From Methylophaga frappieri (lineage in GTDB: Bacteria > Pseudomonadota > Gammaproteobacteria > Nitrosococcales > Methylophagaceae), in assembly GCF_000260965.1 (NCBI RefSeq), contig NC_017856.1, positions 2,070,001-2,102,000 of the forward strand: 32,000 bases of DNA. The letters are read 5' to 3'. The notes beneath the pieces were generated by a model. It made no database searches and had not been told where the DNA came from. It saw only the letters and a list, made by a program, of their open reading frames with translations. The position numbers and the translations under genes were made by a program. Positions 17,326-24,907 of the stretch are shown here, in pieces. The number at the start of each line of letters is the position of its first letter. Within the stretch, counting starts at the first letter, position 1.

Positions 17326-18270
17326 TTAACGAAACAGCGTGATTAGTTGTTGCTGTTGTGCGGCATTTAGCATGGGACCTGTGCCCGCTCCCAGATTATC
17401 AACTTGATGCTTTAATTTACTGGTCGCTGGAATCACCGCTGTGACGGCAGGATGGCTGAGTGCAAACTTAAGAAATAATTGCGCCCAGGTTTGTACCTCA
17501 ACCTCTGCAGCCCAATCTGGTAATGGTTGGTTTTTAACGACGCCAAATAACCGGCCATCATCAAAAGCCCGATTGATTAATACGGCAACCCCTTTTTCCT
17601 GAGCCAGCGGTAGAACGGTTTCTGCCGCTTCAGGGGCATTGACAGAATAATGAATTTGAATGAAATCGAGCGGCTCGGTGTTCAGGATGTGTGTCATTTC
17701 TGACAAACCGCTTTCCAGATAATGCGTGACGCCAACATATTTGGTTTTTCCCGACGCTTTTAATTCATTTGCGAATTTGAGCTGTGTTTTCCAGTCACGC
17801 AGGTTATGTACTTGCAATAGTTCGACCGAATCGGTGTGCAACCGACGTTGTGATTCCCGCCATTGTTGTTCGGCCATTTGCCGATTATCTGCAGCAATTT
17901 TTGTGGCCAGAAAGGTCTGCTCGCGCCAGCCATCTTGATGAAGAATCTCTCCCAGTACTGTATCGGCATTGCCATAATTGGGGGAGGTGTCAAAGATGGT
18001 TGCGCCAGCTGCAAAAAATGCCTTGGTAACGTGACGTAAATTTTCGTATTCATCGGAACCAACAGGGACATTAAAACTACCTGATGTACCTGACCCAATG
18101 ATGGGGATCATTTCACCAGTTGAAGGGATCGGTCTTTGCAGTAATGGTCCCGGTAATGGCGGTAGCTTGGCATCCGCTGCCACCGCATAATTGGATGACA
18201 GAAAAGGCGATACCAACAAGCTGCCAGCGGCAGCGGCACTGGCACGAACAAATTGACGGCGGGAAAACAT
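17326..18270 (-). CDS. Aldo/keto reductase with a twin-arginine (Tat) signal peptide
   Basis: MFSRRQFVRASAAAAGSLL...AVAADA has an SRRxFV Tat motif, a hydrophobic region and an AxA cleavage site. AKR tetrad context: FDTSPNYG (Asp, Tyr), LATKI (Lys), LLQVHN (His). A perfect AAGGAG SD sequence lies upstream. Confidence 0.8.
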   Translation of the reverse strand: MFSRRQFVRASAAAAGSLLVSPFLSSNYAVAADAKLPPLPGPLLQRPIPSTGEMIPIIGSGTSGSFNVPVGSDEYENLRHVTKAFFAAGATIFDTSPNYGNADTVLGEILHQDGWREQTFLATKIAADNRQMAEQQWRESQRRLHTDSVELLQVHNLRDWKTQLKFANELKASGKTKYVGVTHYLESGLSEMTHILNTEPLDFIQIHYSVNAPEAAETVLPLAQEKGVAVLINRAFDDGRLFGVVKNQPLPDWAAEVEVQTWAQLFLKFALSHPAVTAVIPATSKLKHQVDNLGAGTGPMLNAAQQQQLITLFR

Positions 18271-18470
18271 GATAATTCTCCTTTTTGATTAGGCTTGACC
18301 TTCTAGGAGTCTGCGGTTTGGCCATAAGTTCATCGACTTGAATTGTTAAAGATTGATAGGGAGATTCAACGAAAAACGGTATTGTATAGGCGAGGCAAGA
18401 CGACAATTTATTGCTGAACGGTCTTTAGCCGTTTATGTTTACCATAATTTAACCTGACCCACGGAAGCTT

Positions 18471-19334
18471 ATGTCTGAGAATAACCTGCCACCTGAGGAT
18501 CCAAAGCTACAGTTCGATATTCCCCCGAAACCGGATATTTTGTTGGCAATCAATCAGGCCTTGGATAAACCGGATGCAGACTCAGCAGATATTGCGGAAG
18601 TCATTAGCCGTGATGTCGCTTTGTCGGCATTGGTTTTAAAAACGGTCAATTCGGTTATGTTCGGTCTACCCCGAAAATTATCGGATATTCGGCAAGCGGT
18701 GGTGATGCTGGGCACCAAACGGATTCAGGTATTGGTGAACTATTTTGCGTTGAGGCATGCGGTGAAAGGCAAAGCCTCCATATCACTGGAAAAATTCTGG
18801 GATAACACCATGGAGGTTGCCACCATGTCGCGATTGGTGGTGGATTATCTTCGACTTAATCGTCAAGTTGATGTTGATTTGTTATATGCCTTATGCCTGT
18901 TTCGCGACTGCGGCATCCCCGTTATGTCAATTAAATTTCAGGACTATCGTCAGGTCTTGTTCGAAGCCAATCATGCCAGCCAGCATAAGTTTACCGAGGT
19001 GGAAGAGGGGCATTATCGAACCAATCATGCCGTAGTCGGCTATTTCATTGCCAAATCCTGGCATTTACCGGCCACGCTTTGCGAGTTGATCTTGCGGCAT
19101 CATGATCCAGAGTATTTAACAGAAGCAAGCCCCACTATTGATGCAAAAAATGTGTTTGCGCTGATGAAAATGGCTTCGGCGGTGGCCACTCAGTATAAGT
19201 ATGGCAAAACGGATACAGAGTGGCCGACTGCCCGCGAATTCGTACTAACGCAAATGCGAATGAGCGACATCGATTTTCAGGATATGCAGGCAGATTTGAT
19301 TGATGACTACCACACGGAGTTTGCCGGTTATTAA
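18471..19334 (+). CDS. HDOD domain protein (HD-related output domain, signalling)
   Basis: IAEVISRDVALSALVLKTVNSVMFGLPRKLSDIRQAVVMLGTKRI matches the HDOD core pattern. H..HH (LILRHHD) lies further on. Confidence 0.7.
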   Translation: MSENNLPPEDPKLQFDIPPKPDILLAINQALDKPDADSADIAEVISRDVALSALVLKTVNSVMFGLPRKLSDIRQAVVMLGTKRIQVLVNYFALRHAVKGKASISLEKFWDNTMEVATMSRLVVDYLRLNRQVDVDLLYALCLFRDCGIPVMSIKFQDYRQVLFEANHASQHKFTEVEEGHYRTNHAVVGYFIAKSWHLPATLCELILRHHDPEYLTEASPTIDAKNVFALMKMASAVATQYKYGKTDTEWPTAREFVLTQMRMSDIDFQDMQADLIDDYHTEFAGY

Positions 19335-19349
19335 ATACGGGGTAGAAAT

Positions 19350-19383
19350 GCACCAAGGCTGCATCATCGGCAAGCCTTGGTGC
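19350..19383. terminator. Perfect 11-bp inverted repeat between the convergent HDOD and copB genes (hairpin, weak U tracts)
   Basis: GCACCAAGGCT (19350-19360), 12-nt loop, AGCCTTGGTGC (19373-19383). There is no strong T run on either side, so terminator function is uncertain. Confidence 0.45.
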
Positions 19384-19392
19384 TGGTCTCGT

Positions 19393-20103
19393 TCAGAATA
19401 GCAGGCTAATACCTAATGAGACGGTCCAATCGGCTGTTTCAGCATCATGTTGTTTGGCGTAATCAGCCGTTTGGCCAAATTTACGTGTGTAGTTCAGGTC
19501 GAGATAAGGCACGAGTTTGCGGTGAATTTCATAAAACAACTTAATACCAAGTTCACCCTGATTTAACCCGCTACCCAAGTCGTTTTCAGGCACATCCTGC
19601 GCGCTAAAATCAAGCTGGTAATAGGGTTCAATACCAAAACGCTGCGTAAATAACAGGTGGTTTTTTTGTTCCAGACGCGCGCTGACATCCCCCTGTTCAC
19701 TGACAAAAACATGGCTCTGGGTGACAAACAAGTATGGTGCCAATCCGTTGAAGCCCAGCGTGGCGTAGCTGGTTGAAGTTGGCTGCGTATCATGGCGTAA
19801 GCCGATTTGAAAATCCCAGAAGGCGGCGACGTGGCGACTATACATGAACCAGATTTCACTGGATTCCAGTTTGCCATCATGACTTTCTGTCTCCCCTTGT
19901 AGCCAGAGCTTATGCGTATCGCCTCCTGACCAGCCTTGCCATTCAACGTGACTTTGGTCATTACCCCGTTGAAGCTCCAACCACAAGGCATGATAAAGCG
20001 CGCCGCCATGATCGTCATGCAGTGCATCGGCGTTGACGGCTAGACCAAACAAGCTAAATACCGTCGCCAAAATACACATTGATAGAGGTTTAATGATGAT
20101 CAT
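19393..20103 (-). CDS. copB: Copper resistance protein B (CopB/PcoB outer-membrane protein)
   Basis: Signal peptide MIIIKPLSMCILATVFSLFGLAVNA and a beta-barrel-like alternating pattern ending ...SLGISLLF; positioned downstream of copA. ATG 20103 has a GGAG 6 nt upstream and overlaps the copA 3' end by 14 nt. ATG 20115 and 20157 are alternatives. Confidence 0.75.
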   Translation of the reverse strand: MIIIKPLSMCILATVFSLFGLAVNADALHDDHGGALYHALWLELQRGNDQSHVEWQGWSGGDTHKLWLQGETESHDGKLESSEIWFMYSRHVAAFWDFQIGLRHDTQPTSTSYATLGFNGLAPYLFVTQSHVFVSEQGDVSARLEQKNHLLFTQRFGIEPYYQLDFSAQDVPENDLGSGLNQGELGIKLFYEIHRKLVPYLDLNYTRKFGQTADYAKQHDAETADWTVSLGISLLF

Positions 20104-21715
20104 GGTGCGCTCCATGATTGCTCGCCGGTGAAATGAGGTCAGTACCATATTCGGCAACGATAACTTGAGACATCATGCCGGATGACATGTGATACAAAAG
20201 ATGACAATGAAATGCCCATTCGCCTGGCTCATCTGCGGTGAGCAAAACGGCATAACGCTCTCCGGGTGGCACATTGACGGTATGTTTGTCCGGCATTGTG
20301 GCCGCTGGCTGACCATTATCCAGTTGCACAAACATGCCATGCAGGTGCATGGGGTGTGCCATCATGGTTTCATTAATAAACACCAGCCGCACCCGTTCAC
20401 CGTATTGCAATTGAATGGGTTCAAAATCGGCATCGGTAAACTTTTTATCGTTCAGGGTCCAGATGTAACGTTGCATATTGCCGCCCAGCACGATTTCAAT
20501 TTCTCGACTCGGCGGCCGAATATCCTCCTGCGGTTCAAGCGCTCGTAAATCCGCATACTGCAGTGCTTTATGGCCGATAGGGGTGCCGGCTTCAGCCCAG
20601 CCACTCGGTGGGAGATCATCTTGATTATGAGACACCACATGATGACCGTGACTACCATGATGGTGTCCCATATCGGCCATGGTCAGCAGACTGCGGGGCC
20701 GATGTGCTGGCATTTCACCACGCATTCCTAGGTGGGGCGCGAGTGTGCCCGTGGCAAAACCGGTTCGATCAATCGATTCGGCAGCAATGGTGTAAGCCGT
20801 TTCCGATGTTGGCGTGACGATGACATCGTAAGTCTCGGCAACACCAAACCGAAACTCATCGACGGTGACTGGCTCGACATAACGGCCATCCGCCTGAACG
20901 ACGGTCATTTTTAATCCCGGGATTCGGACATCGTAGAATGACATGGCCGAAGCATTAATAAATCGTAACCGAATGCGTTCACCAGGGGAGAAGAGGCCGG
21001 TCCAATTTTGCTCATGGGTATGGCCGTTTAATAAAAAAGCATCATAGCCAACATCTGCCAAATCGGTTGGCGACATCCGCATCGAGCCCCAGTTTTTAAT
21101 GGTTTGCCATGCGGATGACCAGCCATGTTGGTCGACATCCCGCATAAAATCACCAACGGTACGCTGGGTATAATTGTAGTAATGCGGACTTTTTTTAAGA
21201 TTAGCCAGAATCTGTTGTCCGGTTTCCTCACTAAAGTCCGACAGGACAATCACATAGTCGCGGTCAGCCTGAATTTTTGGATCCGGGGCGGGATGGACTA
21301 TCAAAGCACCATAATGCCCTTCCTGTTCTTGCGTACCGCTGTGCGCGTGATACCAGTATGTCCCGTTCTGGCGCAGATCAAACTGGTAGGTAAAGGTTTC
21401 GCCAGCCGGAATGGCTTTGAAACCGCCCAGCCCCGGTACGCCATCCATCTCTGGTGGCAATAATAAGCCATGCCAGTGCACAGATGTGGGTTGGTCCAGC
21501 TTGTTTTCAACGTGAATAATAGCCGTATCCCCTTCGGTAAAATTCAGTACCGGGCCCGGGATCTGACCGTTGACGGCAATTTTTTGTACCGATTTACCGG
21601 TCACGTTCACAGTTTGATAAGCCACGACCAGATGATATTCCGTGGTTTTGGCGATGGCAGTGGTCGCCATCAAACAGATCAGTAGACCTGTCAGCATGCG
21701 TAAAGATAAAAACAT
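20090..21715 (-). CDS. copA: Multicopper oxidase CopA/PcoA
   Basis: All four copper-ligand blocks are present: HWHGLLLP, YWYHAHSG, HPMHLHG, HCHLLYHMSSGMM. The central stretch MGHHHGSHGHHVVSH and the C-terminal tail NHGAHHDHH are His-rich. The N-terminal signal has no RR motif. Confidence 0.85.
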   Translation of the reverse strand: MFLSLRMLTGLLICLMATTAIAKTTEYHLVVAYQTVNVTGKSVQKIAVNGQIPGPVLNFTEGDTAIIHVENKLDQPTSVHWHGLLLPPEMDGVPGLGGFKAIPAGETFTYQFDLRQNGTYWYHAHSGTQEQEGHYGALIVHPAPDPKIQADRDYVIVLSDFSEETGQQILANLKKSPHYYNYTQRTVGDFMRDVDQHGWSSAWQTIKNWGSMRMSPTDLADVGYDAFLLNGHTHEQNWTGLFSPGERIRLRFINASAMSFYDVRIPGLKMTVVQADGRYVEPVTVDEFRFGVAETYDVIVTPTSETAYTIAAESIDRTGFATGTLAPHLGMRGEMPAHRPRSLLTMADMGHHHGSHGHHVVSHNQDDLPPSGWAEAGTPIGHKALQYADLRALEPQEDIRPPSREIEIVLGGNMQRYIWTLNDKKFTDADFEPIQLQYGERVRLVFINETMMAHPMHLHGMFVQLDNGQPAATMPDKHTVNVPPGERYAVLLTADEPGEWAFHCHLLYHMSSGMMSQVIVAEYGTDLISPASNHGAHHDHH

Positions 21716-21740
21716 AATCTATCCTCAATAAAACAAATCG

Positions 21741-21761
21741 GCATTGCCACTCGAGCAATGC
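21741..21761 (-). promoter_or_regulatory. Hairpin (7-bp stem) followed by a U-rich tract between the copL-like gene and copA; possible attenuator or partial terminator
   Basis: GCATTGC (21741-21747) and GCAATGC (21755-21761) with a 7-nt loop. On the coding (minus) strand it is followed by CGATTTGTTTTATT, then the copA GAGGA SD sequence. Confidence 0.35.
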
Positions 21762-21779
21762 AAAGGTTGAATTGAAGAT

Positions 21780-22112
21780 CTAGCTGCGTGGGGGGCGGTC
21801 TATGCTATTCGGAGGGGAAGGATGCAGCGTATCGCGCTGCCCGCTCAGGTACTGAGAAGTCGGCTGTTTAAATGGTGTGACAGGCAACGGTGAGAGCGCA
21901 ACACTCGTGTGTGCAAAGTAACAATCGCACTGATCACCGCAATCATGGTCATGTTGGGGGTTCATCGGCATGGCATGATCTTCATCACAATCTGACATTG
22001 TTTCATGGGCAGTGCTTACAGGCATGAACTGAATCTGTGCCTGTGCGCCGGAAAGCAACAAAGACAGTATTAACAAGCCATACAGAAGTGATGAAAAAAA
22101 CGGGCGCCGCAT
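21780..22112 (-). CDS. Small secreted Cys/His/Met-rich protein, CopL-like metal-binding (regulatory) protein
   Basis: From ATG 22112: signal peptide MRRPFFSSLLYGLLILSLLLSGAQA, then HETMSDCDEDHAMPMNPQHDHDCGDQCDCYFAH, and a C-terminal ...IDRPPRS. Position immediately upstream of copAB matches the Xanthomonas copLAB arrangement. The track start at 22193 adds 27 residues with no signal-peptide logic. Confidence 0.55.
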   Translation of the reverse strand: MRRPFFSSLLYGLLILSLLLSGAQAQIQFMPVSTAHETMSDCDEDHAMPMNPQHDHDCGDQCDCYFAHTSVALSPLPVTPFKQPTSQYLSGQRDTLHPSPPNSIDRPPRS

Positions 22113-22139
22113 GATTACAAGCAGGTCATTCCTGTGAAT

Positions 22140-22177
22140 TTTTGCATCATCATATCTAAAAACAAGATGATGCAAAA
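22140..22177. promoter_or_regulatory. Perfect 12-bp inverted repeat upstream of the cop operon (candidate metalloregulator operator)
   Basis: TTTTGCATCATC (22140-22151), 14-nt spacer, GATGATGCAAAA (22166-22177). It lies 28-65 nt upstream of the copL-like ATG. Confidence 0.45.
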
Positions 22178-22315
22178 CTCTTGCCGGTAGCAAACTTTTC
22201 CTGATGATGATTTCGCTAAGCTATCAATGGCTATAATCGTGCAAATTAGGGTAAGGTAGTTCTAAAAGTGAGTGCTGAGTAACGCTCATTTTCTCCTTTA
22301 ATCTGTGATGCAGAG

Positions 22316-23917
22316 ATGAGAAAAGACAAGAAAAATATCTTTCTTTTTGTAACGTTAGTGATCCTCATTTTTGATGGTTTGTTTGTTTGGACTAATTACA
22401 CCGCCTCCAAAGATGCTCTGCATGAAACGCTTTCGCAGCGAGGTGAACAACTTCGGCATGCCTATCAGATTACCCTGGATCAGCTCAGCAGCTTTATGTT
22501 GCAGACAGCAACCTACATTGCTAATGATCAAGAAGTCACAACACTATTCCACCAAGGTAAAGTTGCTGTTGAAGCAGAAGGCGGAGGACCTGGCGGTGAG
22601 ACTGCAGCTGAAATTCGTTCCCAGCTGTATGCGGTTGTTGAGCGGGGCTGGCAAGCGCTAAGAAAAGACTTTAAGGTACGTCAACTGCATTTTCATCTAC
22701 CGATCGATATTTCTTTTCTGCGGGTACACAAGCCGGAAAAGTTTGGTGATGATCTGTCTGAAATTCGTCATAGCGTTGTGGCAACCAATACTGAACAAAT
22801 CCCCTCAAGCGGTTTCGAGTCTGGCCGTGTTTATGCTGGTATTCGCGGTGTGGTTCCGGTTTTTTATCGAGAAAATGTCTTTGCTGACAGACATCATGTC
22901 GGGGCGCTAGAGGCCGGCACCTCCTTTAATCTGATGCTGGATGATTTGAAATCGGTTTTGAACGCCGAATTTGCAGTCTTAATGACCATGGCTCACGCCG
23001 AAGAAACCATGTGGCCAGACTTTTTAAAAGACTATGTCAAAACCAAGTTGGTGATAAAAAACCATTTGTTGGAGGCGTCAACAAATGAGCAACAAATTAA
23101 TAACATGCTTAATCAAACCAATGCATCCCAGTTATTGGGTGATATGGCAACCAAACTGATTCTGGTTAATAACAAGGCTTATGCCATGACCAGTTTTCCG
23201 TTAATTGATTATCTAGGGTCTGTTGATCCTGAACGAAACCCCATTGGTACGATTCTGGTTTGGACACCTGCAGATGATGAGCTTGCCGAATTTCATCGGA
23301 GTAATCAGTTCAATATTTTGTTAGCCATCTTGGGTTTTTTAGTTGTCGAGAGCCTGTTGTATTGGGCGATTCGAATTGAATCCAGGCTCAAAGTCCAGCA
23401 AGAGATTGCACTGCGGGATGGATTGACGGGGGTCTACAATCGGCGGGCATTTGACGAACGTTATAAAGAAGAATTTTTTCGGTCGAAGCGTGAACAGGAT
23501 GACTTATCTATTCTCATGATCGATATCGATTATTTTAAAATTTATAACGATCATTACGGACACCTTGCCGGCGATGACTGTATCAGACGAGTGGTGGATA
23601 TTTTGCGTAAAAATATCAAACGTTCTGGCGATGTTTTGGCCCGGTATGGCGGCGAAGAGTTTGTCGTTATTTTGCCGGCGACAGATGAACATAGTGCGTT
23701 TCGTATTGCAGAGCAATTAAGAGTGCAGGTTGCTGATGCCAAGATCATGCATGAAGAAAATAAAAATAGTGACGTCGTTACCATCAGTTGCGGCGTCGCT
23801 TCATTCAAGTTCGATAATGTGCAGGCCGATATCCCGCCTGAGGCTTTGTTAGGAGAAGCGGATAAAGCACTGTATAAAGCCAAAAATCAAGGACGAAATA
23901 CGGTCTGTATTGCTTAA
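22316..23917 (+). CDS. Membrane diguanylate cyclase with a ~300-aa periplasmic Cache-like sensor between two TM helices
   Basis: TM1 is IFLFVTLVILIFDGLFVW and TM2 is ILLAILGFLVVESLLYWAI. The periplasmic block HFHLPIDISFLRVHKPEKFGDDLSEIRHSV resembles Cache_3-Cache_2-type sensors (from memory). The GGDEF domain reads RYGGEEF, with an RSGD I-site 5 residues upstream. Confidence 0.85.
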   Translation: MRKDKKNIFLFVTLVILIFDGLFVWTNYTASKDALHETLSQRGEQLRHAYQITLDQLSSFMLQTATYIANDQEVTTLFHQGKVAVEAEGGGPGGETAAEIRSQLYAVVERGWQALRKDFKVRQLHFHLPIDISFLRVHKPEKFGDDLSEIRHSVVATNTEQIPSSGFESGRVYAGIRGVVPVFYRENVFADRHHVGALEAGTSFNLMLDDLKSVLNAEFAVLMTMAHAEETMWPDFLKDYVKTKLVIKNHLLEASTNEQQINNMLNQTNASQLLGDMATKLILVNNKAYAMTSFPLIDYLGSVDPERNPIGTILVWTPADDELAEFHRSNQFNILLAILGFLVVESLLYWAIRIESRLKVQQEIALRDGLTGVYNRRAFDERYKEEFFRSKREQDDLSILMIDIDYFKIYNDHYGHLAGDDCIRRVVDILRKNIKRSGDVLARYGGEEFVVILPATDEHSAFRIAEQLRVQVADAKIMHEENKNSDVVTISCGVASFKFDNVQADIPPEALLGEADKALYKAKNQGRNTVCIA

Positions 23918-24060
23918 CTTTCGCCTGTTATGTGACGGCAAATGCTTGGTTGGATAAGCGTGTTGTTATTCAGGTGGGCATTACGCTGAGATTGGCCGTG
24001 CTCGGTTTTGGACTATGTGTATTTTTATGTGCGACAGGTGTTTGATAAGGAGGCTAAAAG

Positions 24061-24672
24061 CTAAGCATCTCGCTCTAAAATGTGATGCCACAGGTAAAAT
24101 CCCAGTACAGCAAACAAGGCCCCGGCAAAGTTAAAAACAATATCCAGCAAGGTATTGTGATAACCGCCGACGCCATTATCAGGCACTGTTAAAACGGCAA
24201 TAAACTCGAGCATTTCATTGACAGCACTGACACCTAACGCAGCCATGATCGCAATGAAGCCAATAAGCAGCTGACTATGTTTATTGCCGAAGTAATTACG
24301 CAGTAAGTGAAGGAATAAAAGGGCGATGATGGCATACAGATAGGCGTGGACAACTTGGTCAAATTTAAGAATGTAAAATTCGCCACCACCATCAAAGAAA
24401 GGGAAGATTTTCCACGCGTAAAGCACACCATCTGCTGTTTGAACACTGCCGCCTAGCATATGCAGCAGCCCCCATAGCGAGATGCCAGCCAAAATCGGGG
24501 CGGGGATTTTCGTTTTATCGAGCGTGCCATATAGCAGCACAAATATGAAGATGATGACAACGACGTAAGCAATGAACTCAATATTGACTTCACCAATAAA
24601 AAACACCGCAAAAGCAGTGGTATAAAATGCGGTAAAGGCGAGTATGACTTTTTCAGATGTTGAGAAATTCAT
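24061..24672 (-). CDS. Polytopic inner-membrane protein (~203 aa), pattern reminiscent of YjdF/DUF2238
   Basis: From ATG 24672 (MNFSTSEKVILAF...) there are about 6 hydrophobic helices. LLHMLGG, FDQVVHAYLY and NEMLEFIA...GGYHNTLLDIVFN resemble conserved DUF2238 positions, but the family call is weak. The track ORF's extra 44 N-terminal codons run through the tRNA terminator and are rejected. Confidence 0.6.
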   Translation of the reverse strand: MNFSTSEKVILAFTAFYTTAFAVFFIGEVNIEFIAYVVVIIFIFVLLYGTLDKTKIPAPILAGISLWGLLHMLGGSVQTADGVLYAWKIFPFFDGGGEFYILKFDQVVHAYLYAIIALLFLHLLRNYFGNKHSQLLIGFIAIMAALGVSAVNEMLEFIAVLTVPDNGVGGYHNTLLDIVFNFAGALFAVLGFYLWHHILERDA

Positions 24673-24761
24673 AGTAATCAGAACTATAGCACTTCTGTGG
24701 TCGGGAAGTTTTAGCCGAGTCCTGCTTGAAGAACACACCAGAGTGACGAAAAGCCAGACAC

Positions 24762-24800
24762 AAAAAAAGCCCCAACACGTTTCCGCGTTGAGGCTTTTTT
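24762..24800 (-). terminator. Rho-independent terminator downstream of tRNA-Leu
   Basis: Minus strand: GCCTCAACGCG - GAAA - CGTGTTGGGGC (11-bp stem with 2 G-U pairs, GNRA loop) followed by T7. An A/T run on the other side gives it bidirectional form. Confidence 0.8.
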
Positions 24801-24808
24801 GCATTTGA

Positions 24809-24895
24809 TGGTGCCCGGGGCCGGACTCGAACCGGCACGCTTTTAAAGGCGAGGGATTTTAAGTCCCTTGTGTCTACCAATTTCACCACCCGGGC
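24809..24895 (-). tRNA. tRNA-Leu (anticodon UAA), 87 nt, CCA encoded
   Basis: Reverse complement: GCCCGGGTGGTGAAATTGGTAGACACAAGGGACTTAAAATCCCTCGCCTTTAAAAGCGTGCCGGTTCGAGTCCGGCCCCGGGCACCA. Acceptor stem GCCCGGG/CCCGGGC; anticodon stem AGGGA/TCCCT with loop CTTAAAA; long variable arm; T arm GCCGG-TTCGAGT-CCGGC. Confidence 0.95.
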
Positions 24896-24907
24896 AGCAA
24901 GGGGCGG

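Noticed and set aside
19563-20027. 154-aa same-strand, alternative-frame ORF inside copB, and 20189-20548 antisense to copA
   Set aside because: It is nested in genes with clear CopB/CopA signatures. It has no SD sequence or independent motif support, so I treat these as frame shadows.
22113-22193. 27-codon N-terminal extension of the copL-like ORF
   Set aside because: The extension precedes a clean signal peptide that starts at the internal Met (22112) and covers the 12-bp dyad. I treat it as non-coding leader/promoter.
24673-24804. 44-codon N-terminal extension of the membrane-protein ORF
   Set aside because: The extension reads through the tRNA terminator stem-loop. A hydrophobic protein with a sensible N-terminus starts at ATG 24672.
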